Origin: Ramazzottius varieornatus
Taxonomy: Eukaryota; Animalia; Tardigrada
DNA length: 64,000 bases
Direction: 5' to 3'
Assembly: GCA_001949185.1 (NCBI GenBank)
Contig: BDGG01000005.1
Span: forward strand, 1,167,249 to 1,231,248
Every line of letters begins with the position of its first letter. The first letter of the stretch is position 1. The notes under the pieces were generated by a model that saw only the letters and a list, made by a program, of their open reading frames with translations, had not been told where the DNA came from and did no database searches. Positions 13,101-26,353 of the stretch are shown piece after piece. The translations under genes were made by a program, and so were the position numbers.

Positions 13101-16100
13101 GCCAAACCATTCCGTCAAGAGAGGTTTACCCAGCAGCTCGGGAGATGGAATTAAAACCGACGAGTAAGTGGGAAATTAACTGTACACCGCTGGTCAAAAC
13201 TGAAAACCGGGTGACGTCATGCTGCTATACTTCATCCCAAAACAAACGTACCTTAGGGCAGGGTTGTCGTGAGCTCCGTTGACGCGTTTATACTGGCCTC
13301 GAGCAGTCGCGCTGGAGTTTATTTTTGACTGTCTACGTATCCTGTAATTTTGAATTGATAATACTTCCTTCACGATCTGGTCTCACTTTAGGATGGTATA
13401 ATGCCCTGTCGCCTTCCTCTTGAGCTAGGAAATGGCTCTTAAGGTATTTCAAGGCTTGGAGAACTGCTTCGACGAGGTGTCGGAGCAGGTTTGTGAGGAC
13501 TTAAAGACTGGAGTTGCGGATTGAGGATCGTCGACAGTTGGTTCTGGTTTCCGGTTTGGTATCAATGGCTGCATTGTTTCGTGACTAGCATGCCTCACTT
13601 GTATTTTTTCTCGTTCAGCTGACGTTATTGGCTCGCATACGCCCCACTTATCGCTCGGCAGGAAGCTGGTTGGAAAGGCATGCGGATTGAGGCGAGAATG
13701 GAAACTGGAGAGCTTATCTGGTGGTCGTGGATTGAGTGAGGCCATTTTAATATCGTAACTTTTGAGCTCACTCTTTTGTAACCAAAGTCGTACATCGGTG
13801 TTGGTGTGAAGAGTAAAGACCAGGTGTCATTCAGAGGTTATCTGTCGGCTGCTATCTAGTTGCAGACCCGGCGTGCTTAGGCCTAATTATCGAGCTCCTC
13901 TTCCTTCTGTCAAAACGGACGCTGTGTCTTGTCCCGACCCGTCATCATTGCTGGAAATACGCCGTGTTTGATTTAGCACGAAAGTTGGCATAGAAGGAAA
14001 TAAGAGCTGAAGAGAGCACGTGGATGCATTCTTCCTCTTCAAGAATTATTCAAATGCAAATTACGACTTGACGAAATTGCCAACCTCATCTGATGAGTCA
14101 TCTTGATAATTGGTGGAAATTAATTATTCAAATTCTTCCGAAGGTTTTTGTGTACTCTCCAATGACGCGGAATTTCGACTGGACTTCCTTCAAGCGAAGG
14201 CTGAAGAAAGGCGTGCCTAGAGTCAAGTTCGGACCATCGTTTTCTGAAATACTCAAAATCAAGTGAGAAATTAACGTTTTTAGCAGGGATATCTTTGGGT
14301 TTTTAACTTTTTCTAATGGTCTCGTTTTCGTTAATGGATGTGCAGTCTGCGTTTTTTGGCTCTTGAAGGATGTGCTTTTTCGTCGCCGTTAATGAGTCAG
14401 GACAAGTGCAGCATGACGTCGAGATCGTCAGTGTTTTACTCTGCGGTAGCGTGAAGGGCTGTCAAGCATTCACTTTGCCGTACAGTTCTATGGCCATACT
14501 AATGGCGTGCTTTTGGCATGACGGAAACGAGGGTGTGGATGTGTTGCTTATCAGCCTTGTCTCGTTGTCTGATTTCTGTCTGTTGGTATCATCCTCGTCG
14601 CTTCCGCTATCACACATGGGGTGTTCTGGCGTTTTTGTGGGGGATATCGGGTTGTCAATTGGCGTAATCGACCCAAAAGATGAGCCAGCTGGTCTTTCTC
14701 TTCCGAGATTGTCACAGCAATGGAATTTTGTTCGAGTGTTCTCATTTTCAGAAAGAGGGAAGCACGAGGAATCACTGTCTTTGTGGGCGTCACTTCATCG
14801 GGGTAGTACACTATAGTAACATGCGTCGTTTTCTAGGAGAAGATCCAGTCTTGAACCGATAAACCGGCGCGCAGGTGAAACAGGGTCTTCGTTTGCGTAG
14901 AGGTGATCTAATGTGTTCGGTGGTGCAAGGTTTAACCTCCTCTGTTTCCCCTTACCAGAATGTGCATCGGTGAAGCGGGGATCTCCATCAGGAAAGCGGC
15001 TCTTTTCCGATTCAGTGGCGCATTTTTGAACCTTGCCCCGATCAAGTGATGCGCAAGTGCGGCTGAGGGTTCGGTAGTTTCTTATTGGGTTGCTCAGCTC
15101 AACTCGCGCATTCTTTTTTCAGTGAATGTTTTGCCTCGGTCAAGTGGCGCATTTGATGCAATGGGTGTTCTGATATCGGTTTAGATAGCGAAGCGGACGT
15201 GAACGATATTCTTTGAACCGGAAAATCTTTCCAGACTCAGCCATATCGATTGGGATACACTTGATCGTAGGGCAAGCCGTTTCCTGGGTCTTATGGTGGC
15301 GGAAAAGGATTTGGGTGAAATGTTTGCACTATGATATGGTTATTACCCTATTTTAGAGACGCCCATTTTGCACTATTATCTTTGTAGACTCAGGAAATGG
15401 TGGCGCAGTCGCCACGCTCGACCATATCAAGTCAAACAAAAGAAGGTCCACCTTTGCTCTACAAATACGATGAAAGTAACCACAGCGGTAATATTCCATC
15501 AGATCGATTTCTCTTCTCGTGAGAAGCCAATCACGAAAAGAAGAATACGCACCAATAACGATATGCCCGTTTTTAGCTTCTAATCTAATTCACCTCATTT
15601 CGAAGAGGGAGTGGAATCCACACTGGGTTCTCTTGGTTGACTGTGTATTATCGATTTTTCGGTGCGGGAAGCCTGTTGGAAAGAGGAACAGGATAGACAT
15701 AGGGAAGCTTTTTGGCTGGTCTATTCCCCGTCCGATTGGCCAGTCTATCAAATGGCTTCCTGGTAGAGCAGCTCGTGTTGTCGGTCATGTGAATGTTTAG
15801 ATTTCGCGGGATCAGCTTCCTCTTGGCATGTCATATTGGGCTCCACCTTCCTCCTCAATCTAGGTTGATTATTGTCTGTGCACGACTCGTCTTTCGGTAC
15901 TCCCACGAACTCAGTTTGTGACAGTCCCTGTTGAGCCTCGGTTATGGTATGCTGTAATCTACCCATCAGATTTATATAATTACTAAAGAAGGAATAATTG
16001 AATGTTATTCGGTCGTCAATCAGATCAGGATATACCGAATCTTTTCGGAGGAGTTTTGGTGCGGGGAAATTTGCTTTGGTTATTGCCTTGGAATTTTGTG

Positions 16101-19100
16101 TGTGGCTGGTTTCGAGGAATGTTATTTTTCGAAAAGATCTCCGCGCTGTTGCACGTGAGATTCATGCCCCAGGTCGCTGTGAGTTCGGGCAACGATGAAA
16201 ACACAGAGGGGAGTCTTGTTGGAGTGAAAAGTGACTTTCGTGAAGCGGATTCAGCAACAAGGTACCAATTTTCAAAGCTTTATGGCGTAACTTTACGGCA
16301 ATGCCGTGCGCTTTTCGACAGTGTCAGTTTTGTTACCAGTGCGGAGGAGGAGAAAGATCGGTCAGATTAGATAGAGGCTAGGTTCAGCTGTGGTTTCAGG
16401 CAATCATTGTTCGTTGCAGGTTTTTCTTCGTTGGTGGCGTCATAATTGTGGGCTGTAGGTCATACTGTAGGAAAAGCGTGTCAAGTGGCACCTTGTCTCA
16501 GTTATGTACTCATGTGTCTGATTGCGATGTCCAACGGACAGACGCCGATTACGATTTACCCAGCCCCAGAGTTGTCGCGAACGATGTGCCTTAGGAGATC
16601 CTCCGTCAGAAAAGACGGTATTGAAAATGGCAGACACTTACGTAGAAGCTCTTCCAGAAGCATCGGTAAGCAGTCCTCAAACCGGAAGTCCCGATCAACT
16701 CGCTGTGATGAGGAACTAAGCTCAGAGGATCAGTCTGAAGATCTTTAAATATGATACTGGGCTGTTTTTAAGGCCTGATGTGTAGGGAACAGCAAAGCCC
16801 ACTTCCAACAATCCGGCTTGCTGAAACAAATGGAGATGAAACTTCCGTCGCTGTGCTACCTCGACTTGCAAGAGTCTACACGGTGCATCAAGTGCATTTC
16901 GTTCCGCGCCATTGTCTGTCCAGTTTCGTAATAAATTCACCAAGACATAATCCCGTTGTATTCTCCACCACATTTCGTAATCAAAAGTTAAGGAGGTCGA
17001 AGCTGTGGGAATATTTGGAGATGGGCAGGAAATTGCGCGCTTTATTCTCGTGCTTGGCCTGCTCGGCCCGCTGGTCTCCATGGAAAAAGGGGACGCGTAC
17101 CGTCACCAGCACAATAGAGCGAGCAACTACCAGCACCATACTACCTGCTTCCGAAGACAAGTTCACGGATACTTTTCACTTTGATCTTATCGATAGCGTT
17201 GCGTGAGAGTTCGTCTTTTGATCGCTCACTCTTTTTCCTGTCGATATTTTGTCCCATTTACACGTACTTGCGGTTGTTGTCGCATAGCGCATTGTCATGC
17301 CTGATCTTCTTGTTGCAGTGATGGAGGATTCCGCGAGGCTCCTGCCCTGTACGCCCGGTCTTCCTCCTCGACAGCTCCGGCCAAGTATGCCAGTAACGCA
17401 GCCAACCATGTCCGGCTGGATGCTGGAGAGAACGCGACGCCGTACCCGGTGAACGGGCTGTCGTACCGCACCATGCCCGAACGTATTCCTACCGGTGCAG
17501 TGGACACTACCGTCATGACCAGTCCCGTCCACCTGGTCTCCTCCAGCAACGTGACCAGACCCAGGAAAGAACTGGTCTTGCCTTCCGATAGCAACGGCAA
17601 CGGTCTCAGTTTATCCAGCCTCACTTGCATTAGAATCAAACCTGATTCCGATGGCAAGTTTGGCTTTAACGTTCGGGTAAGCAAAAACATAACGACTTTG
17701 CTTGTCTCTCTGGAACCTGCATACAACGGCATTTCAGCGCGTCCATTACAAGCTGTATGCAGATGAGTGAGAAATGTGAGAAATTTCTCACTCACCTGCG
17801 TACATGAATTGTGCAATGGAAGCACGATGAGGTGTATGCAGATGTGTGACAGGTCTTTGGACGCTTCCTTCGAGAAGGCTTATTGCATGTGTGAGTGGAG
17901 TGGAGTTTTGATGAGGATGTTTCTTGTGATTTGTAGGGCGGTATCGACCTGAATCTTCCTGTGATTGTCACACGAGTGGCACCCAACACTCCGGCCGACT
18001 TGGCAGTGCCACGCCTGCACGAGGGCGATCAAGTGCTGTCCATTAATGGGCGAGAAACAGCCACCCTCACCCATGATGAGGTTGTTATTCTCATCAAATC
18101 CTCGAGGGAAACCCGCAGTGGCGAGCTCGTCCTCTACGTCAGACCAAATAGTGAGTATAGTATTTCAGGCTAATGAGTAAACTGAGTAGTTAACGTTATC
18201 GAAAGCAAAGACTCGTGAAATGTTTGAAAAACAGCTACATTTATTTTGACCTTATTGGGGCTTAACCGGCTTATCCATTTTATTTGCAGTTTATAATGGC
18301 GGCGATGAACAAGAGCCCGAATTCCAGTATATTCCAGACACGCCCAGAGCCCCGAATGGCCACAGCGGGAATCCACTTCAAGAGTCCATATTACTCTTGG
18401 CTGATGGGCTTAAGACCAACAATGCCATGCTGCATTTTGAGGTAATGGAGAGTTTTGATGTGCTAATTAAATTGGCGTGCCGACATTGTCTGTTGGTAAT
18501 GTAATTCTTTATGAAAAGTAAGAAAGAATCACCTAATAAAATTCGCGTCATCGTTGCAGCAACTGTATCGCAAGAACCCGAAAATGTCCATGAAGGATGC
18601 CGAAATGCCTATGAATAACGCGAGAAACCGGTACAAAGACGTTCTACCATGTAAGCGAACCGAAAATCAAAGAAAGAAACCTCCATCGGAAGTTCAAAAT
18701 TCAGTTGCAATTTTCCGAATGAATTTCTGAAGTTGTCGGTTTTTAATGGTACGGTATTGTTTTTTAGATGATGCCACGCGCGTTTTTCTTCAGCATAACG
18801 AGTCCGGCAGTGACTATATCAACGCTAATTTTGTCAAGGTACGTGTCTGGAATTTTCTAGTTGGAAATATCCCGTTATTTGACCCGAATGACCGGAAGTC
18901 AAAACGGGGGCGCACGAACGTGAGGCGATTCCCGGGAGGAAACTGCACCTGTCTGATATTGCTAATGAGAATTGTTTGTCTATTGCAGATGGAGATTCCT
19001 ACATCGGGCATCGTCAATCGATACATTGCGGCACAAGGTCCCCTTCCCCACACCGGCTCGGATTTCTGGCAGATGATTTGGGAGCAGCAGTCTACCCTTG

Positions 19101-20377
19101 TGGTGATGCTCACTTCGCTGGTCGAACAGGGCCGCGTAAGTCTTTTGATTAAGAATCTCCCACACGTCCGTACACATATTGATGAGAACCAGAGCAGAAC
19201 CATCAGCAATAATTGCGCCTAATAGTATCCAAATATATATCTTTTATGCTGGTTGATTTTCATGGAACTTAACCTAGACAAATAAAGTCGACAAGAACGC
19301 TTCTCCAAGTCACGCACGGTTTTAGCCAATATCGTCGAAAATGTGCGTCACTTGGGAAAATAATGTTGTCTAGTATGTTTGCTGATCGCCCTTTATGTTT
19401 CTATTCCATACTTTGATTTTGTGTTTTGCTTGCAGATCAAGTGCCACCAGTACTGGCCGAATCTCTACGAGACATCCGAATATGGACCGCTACAGGTGAC
19501 TTGCATGAAGGAGCAAGCGCAGGACTGTTTTGCATTCCGAGAGCTGTCGTTGATTCATACCGAGGTGGGACTTTGCTTTAGATTTACGAGTGGGGTGTCT
19601 GTTTGTTCGGCCACGACTTTTGTTTATTTGCTCTGCTTTGCTCTATCGTAGACCAACGAGGAGCGACACATTACGCACATGCAGTATATCGCCTGGCCCG
19701 ACCACGGGGTGCCCGACGACGCCAGTGACTTTCTGGAGTTTGTCATTCGGGTCCGCCAGCATCGCGTGGGCATGGGCGAACCTACTGTGATTCACTGTAG
19801 TGCTGGTATTGGTCGTACAGGCGTCCTTATCCTCATGGAGACCGCCATGTGCCTGATCGAGGCCAACGAGCCCGTCTACCCACTGGATATTGTCAGGACC
19901 ATGCGAGACCAACGCGCCATGTTGATCCAAACCACTGTAAATTTACTTCTCTGGAAACTTTGTTTTCTCCGGTCTTCCCTTGTGATCTGCTTATGTGACA
20001 ACTGCTTTTCTGCTTTGCAGAGCCAGTACAAGTTCGTGTGCGAAGCCATCCTTCGAGTTTTCAACGGTAAGCAGTTGCTAAAAGGCGTCTCACACACCCA
20101 CATACTCTCGCACCGAGTAGTTGACTGGGTGACCGTATTCATGTGGCCGTCAGGGGAAACACTCGACCACCTGCGTGCAGTCACCTGGAGCAATGAACCG
20201 TCGTAGTGTATGCAGGTAGCTGTCAGACGGTATTCTCAAACACCCGCAAACACGCTCGGTTTGTAATTTGCCGAGCGAGTGTATCCATGTTCTGGGCTGG
20301 CGGTTTCTCAGTGAAATCATCAGTGACTTGTTCCTACAGATGGGTTGGTGAAACCACTGGATGACTACCGGAAGTGA
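7109..20377 (+). CDS. PTPN4: FERM-PDZ-PTP non-receptor tyrosine phosphatase (PTPN4/PTPN3, Ptpmeg)
   Basis: Start [14 protein letters not shown]; FERM ([47 protein letters not shown]); PDZ ([15 protein letters not shown]..., [14 protein letters not shown]); PTP ([51 protein letters not shown]); last exon [12 protein letters not shown]. Confidence 0.95.
17715..17843. repeat. Family-2 array in PTPN4 intron (four alternating motifs)
   Basis: Motif starts 17715, 17754, 17794 and 17833 (spacing 39/40/39); central 22-bp inverted repeat at 20/22 identity. Confidence 0.75.
19263..19392. mobile_element. Family-1 palindromic element (PTPN4 intron)
   Basis: CAAGTCACGCAC-N25-GTGCGTCACTTGGG. Confidence 0.75.
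20096..20290. repeat. Family-2 array in PTPN4 last intron (degenerate 73-bp period, about 3 units)
   Basis: Motif starts 20096, 20134, 20169, 20207, 20242 and 20280 (spacing 38/35 alternating). Confidence 0.7.
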
Positions 20378-20982
20378 CCATAGTTCGCAGACTGCCTCGA
20401 ACGCTGATACAGACTCTTTCACCCCCTATAAAGAAAAACAAGCCCACCCTCCTTCGCTGTAGGGAACGAAAACAAAGTTTGTTCCTGACTGATTGGCCCA
20501 ACGGCGATTTTACCGAGCACAAATCTGTTAGCTTGTTTCAAGTCTTAGTGATGCGTTTTCAGTTGAAGTTTTATACTAAAATGGTTAAATTAAGATTTGA
20601 AAAAGATAGTAGACTTTGGGTTTTAGACAAGCGATGGTGAATGCCGCTCTGAAAAAATTCTCGGTGTACCTTGCGTGCAGCTGCTGTGATTATATTTCAT
20701 ACGTTTTAGCGCAGTCGTTTTCTTTGGTATCGTCTTCGAGAAAGCGAGCATTGCACTTTATTTTGCAGTAGCAAGCCTTGCTGGCGAACAGAAAACTACC
20801 CATGTGTTTTAGATGTTTTTTTTCTAACGACGGTTTTCCAGCAGAAAATATAACAAGTAATTCACACTCAAACTTCCTTCTGATGATAATTTAAAACAAG
20901 AAGACTATCAAGCAGTATTAATCAGTTGACAGAACAATCACCAAACGAAACAAGTAAAGAAAGTCTACACTGTTGGAAGTCA

Positions 20983-22426
20983 CTACCAGTCCTCGTCAGA
21001 AGCGCCCAGGACTTCATCAGCGGTTAGCGCCGTCGCGATATTCATTTCCTTATCTTCACCGCTCATGAAACTAGTAAATGCGTTACTTCTTTTATCTCCT
21101 TCGGGGTTTACTCTCTTCTTCCTTCCCCGTCTTCCGGGTGGTCGTGGTGCGGCAGCTTGCTGAGAAGCTGCTTCACTAGCTGGCTCCGACGGTGTTCCTA
21201 CGGAACTTGACTGGGGCAAAGAGAAATCTGGATCGCATTGGTCGGCTAATTGCCTGGCGCGTAACTTGGCCTCGCGCTGCTCCAGTCGTCGCTTCTTCTT
21301 TTCTTCCTTCTCTAACCTCCTTGCTGCTTTCTCCAGTTCTTTCTTGTGCTGGCTGCTTTGGGGTTGGGAGTGCGGAGGTGATTGAGACTGGGTTGTACCA
21401 CCGTTGAACTGACGGGACGATGGCTTGATACCGAGAGCAAAGTCTCTACGGAGGTTGGCTAAAAACTGCAGTCGGTTACCTTGCTTCTTTGGCGTACCTT
21501 TGGAAACTGGAGCAGTCATGGCACCAGGTGGAGGAGAAGGTGTTGGTGGCGTTGAAGACTTCCGGCGACGATCATAGTTTTCGTTGATCCCGTAATCGTC
21601 ATTACCTGCAAAGTACAATCTCAATAATGATCATATCCATTTTGAATGCGACATTACTAGTTTCTACCATAACTTATTCGGCGAGTAAAACAAGAATTTT
21701 ATGAAGGGATATCGGTTAAACCATTCGAACCGTGGCCAACTTGTGCGAACAAGACCGTTTTCCAGAGGGGCGCACACTTTCAGCGAAAAACAATGAAACA
21801 TGCGCCATTGGCGATGACAAACTGGTTCAACTCGTTTGCCCAGCTCCCAGTTGACACAAAGAAGAATATTTACCATAGGCTAGTGATGCTTGAGCAGCTT
21901 TCCGAGTTCTCATCTTACTATCCATGTGGTTATATACCACCTCGACACCTTCATTCTTGCGACGATAGTACCCTTTGACATGAGCAGATTCAGCAGTAAT
22001 ACGCTTTGAGCGTTTAGTGCGCTGAGCATGCTGCTCGGAATTCTTCCTTAGTGCCTCTTTGGGAATGATGTCCATCGCCGACAGTTGCCTTGCTTCTTTC
22101 CTTTCGAACTTATTCAGGTCAAAGTAGTGGAAACAAGGGAAGGAAGCCGACTGTGCACGTTCCCATTCTGCATTGGGTCTTGGGAAGATGTCGAAGGGAA
22201 GAGGGTCCCAGTTGGGCTTGGGACTGGCATAGTGAGTTAGCAAGTCGTCGTCTTCGTCGGGTAAGGGAGGCAAGGCAAACCGTTCCTCGTGCATCTTTTC
22301 TCCAACCTTCCGAGGTGAAGTGTCGAAGAAGGAGCGCTTGGTGGCCGATGAGGTGCTTTGGTTGTCTGTCCGAGCGGAAGAGGATGGTCCGAACACGAAG
22401 GTTCTTTTCACCTTGTTGTCCGTCAT
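20983..22426 (-). CDS. Orphan basic, low-complexity protein of ~390 aa; two coding exons (22426-21874, 21605-20983)
   Basis: Two long ORFs joined in frame by a phase-1 GT-AG intron (TAT G|gtaaat ... ttgcag|GT AAT). K/R-rich NLS-like tracts; ends ...ASDEDW*. Confidence 0.7.
21727..21850. mobile_element. Family-1 palindromic element (orphan gene intron)
   Basis: GGGGCGCAC-N24-ATGCGCCAT...GTTTGCCCAGCTCCCAG. Confidence 0.7.
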
Positions 22427-23243
22427 TTCCAGTCTCTTTATCTTTCGACTGGGCTCGATTCACCTGTACAAAAACGACATGTAACATATAAGATCCCTAT
22501 CAATACTACGAACGAAAGCACGAACGATATGTTGGTATCCGAATCCCCAAAGAGTGACCAGTCACTAGGTCCGATCGTGACTCTCGAGCAAAAGAATTCT
22601 GCCGCAATAGCGAAGACAAAAAAAATCGAAGAAAACGGAAGCTTTTATTCTGTATTCGGGAAGGGGGAAACCCGCTCGTCAAGCCGGGAATGTTCGGAAT
22701 GGATCACACTCTGTTGAGGGCACCCCAGATTTCGCTCAGGTTGGTTTTCCGTACTAAATTCCGTTCGCAGTTCACACTTCACAGTAGGAGGCGAACTCTC
22801 TCGTCAACTGGCGCACTGCGCAGGCTAATTCTCGCTTGTAGATGCGCCGTGTTTGACTGCGAGGTGCACCTTCCACATGAAGTGGCGCAGTGTTAGTTTT
22901 CCACTCTGACTGACCAGCGTCCTCGAATCCTGGATGCGGCTTCCTTACCAGCTTCAATCCCGCGCCAGACTGGAGTCTCGGTAAAACGGCAGAAATCTTA
23001 AGGTTAATTTGACGCGGTAATAATTAATTTTGCGAGATGAACGAAAGCGAGTTATTCAGACGGTCTGTACTCTTCCTTTTACTGTTCCGTAATTCAGTGA
23101 TCGTCAATGGAAAAGACACCATATCTGTTATCGAAGGTCTTTCATAGCGCCATGTCGTCAACGAAACCCATTGTTCTTATGTCAGCACGGAACGCAGTTC
23201 ACTTTATTTTACCAGAAATCATCGAGTAAGAATAAAGACACAT

Positions 23244-24141
23244 CTAGAACTTCTTGAAGCTCTTTTTCGCGCCAGAGCTTTTCGTCACTTTCAAGACATT
23301 AAAGGTAACAGTTTTACTGAGTGGCCGGCATTCTCCAACTGTCACGACATCGCCAACACTCACATCCCTACAAAAGAACAGCAAGCTATCTCATCGTAAA
23401 ACCCTGAACGATAATAGAATTTGTCTTACCGGAAAGCAGGTGACATGTGCACGGACATGTTCGTGTGTCGTTTCTCGAAACGATTGTATTTCCTGTAGTA
23501 GTGCAAGTAATCCCTTCTGATGACGATCGTTCTTTGCATCTTCATCTTCTGTACAACACCTGTGAAGATACGACCACGAATATGCACTCCACCGGTGAAA
23601 GGGCATTTCTTGTCGATGTAAGATCCTTGGATGGCCTACGATCAGACAATCAACGATCAAGAGCGATAACCTAAACAGGCAAAAACACTGTCTTTCCGAT
23701 CGACATCTTCCGTCCCGTTCTAGAGCGACTTCCAGAATACTCTTGTGTGGAAAACGGTCTCGGAACGTCGGAGGTTCATGAAAGATTACTTACTTCTCGA
23801 GGAGTCTTGAAACCGAGACCGACATTCTTGTAGTAACGGTTTGTCTTGGGCTTTACATTAGGCAATCTCTTCTTGTTCAAGAAGATGGTGGGTTGTTTCT
23901 GAAATGCTCGTTCGACCTGCAAGAAAGACAAGTCAGTCTCTGAACCTTCAAGCTGCATTTTTCCATCCGCTGTAAGATGCTTAGAAGTTTCAGAGTTTGG
24001 GTTAGATAGGTTTTGTCCTCAGATCTTGTCGGAAGACCGTCGTGGTTTTCATCATACAATAACACAGTGGATTTTCCTTCAGTGCGCATTCCAGCATTCT
24101 CCTCCTACCTGTTCAGCAGCCTGGACTTCTCCGGTCGCCAT
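23244..24141 (-). CDS. RPS11: 40S ribosomal protein S11 (uS17), 4 coding exons
   Basis: [11 protein letters not shown]|[16 protein letters not shown]...[15 protein letters not shown]|[15 protein letters not shown]...[15 protein letters not shown]...FEKRH|[26 protein letters not shown]...FKKF*. Confidence 0.97.
23987..24060 (-). ncRNA. SNORD35: Intronic box C/D snoRNA, SNORD35/snR73 ortholog (28S rRNA 2'-O-methyl guide)
   Basis: Minus strand: C box ATGATGA (24055-24049), guide CACGACGGTCT (24044-24034) then T and D' CCGA, C'-like CTGAGGA, D box CTGA (23993-23990). The guide is complementary to conserved LSU rRNA AGACCGUCGUG. The D box lies ~73 nt upstream of the 3' splice site. Confidence 0.85.
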
Positions 24142-24642
24142 GCTGGCTGACGAAAGTAGCAACCTGGGATGGAAGGCAAGGATGCAGAGGAGACAAGGTC
24201 ACGTCAGAAAATGCCAGCAAGAACCCCAAGCGGCTTTTATTGCCAGTTCCAGATGAAAATTTACAGCAAAATTGAGAGGGTGCGGCCAAACGTCTTGAAG
24301 CCAATGGAAGACAGAGATTTGTGGGACTACAGAAGGCGTACTAATCGTTCGAGCAAACATGACCAATCTGTCAATCAAGTCCGCTCAGCAGCTCGGACTT
24401 ACATACAACCGCCTTTTCGCTCCGGTTTTTCCATCCGGTCTTTCAACGGAACGTGCCCCTCCCTCCCCGGAGTGAATGAGTGATGTCATTCTTTGTGGAG
24501 TTTTCATTTTTGGCAGTTTTGCCCATTTCAAAATTCTGGTTTCCGTTCGTTTTTGTTTTGTTTGCGATTGTTACTCATTCCAGCTGCCGTTTGACATCTT
24601 CCGCACTGTTCTCCCTCTTCTTTCAGGTTCTGCAGCCTCAAG

Positions 24643-25978
<1,336 letters not shown>

Positions 25979-26353
25979 TGCTTTGATCTCACTTGTTTCC
26001 ACCTCATTGTTGTCGTTTTGATGGCTATATTTCTCTGAAGTTTTACCTAATTTATCCTAATGCATCACCTAATTTATCCAGTTTAAAATCTCTCGACAGA
26101 GCACGGATGCATGGTTTCATATAGTTCTTTGCTTGCTACTCACTGTTTGTCGCGAGTTAGTTCGTCGTTTTATTAATTCTCGTTACTGTCACGGACCAGG
26201 AAGCCTGGCACTGAATCTTCCACCTTCTTAGTTTTTCCTGTTTCTGTTCGATGAACATCTTGCCAGAAATTTTTTTCATGTATTGTTGCATCTGCACTCA
26301 CGCACTTCGTCATCACAAAATCACACGCAAATACAACCAGAAACAAACGACAG

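Noticed and set aside
13164-17318. Nested genes in the 4.1-kb PTPN4 intron (ORFs 14370-14816, 16002-16370, 16778-17206)
   Set aside because: No recognisable domains or consistent splice phase; the flanking PTPN4 exons join directly in phase 2.
20096-20290. CRISPR-like appearance of motif-spacer arrays (also 17715-17843)
   Set aside because: The motifs are only ~11 nt, alternate in orientation and lie in spliceosomal introns of an animal gene; there are no cas genes.
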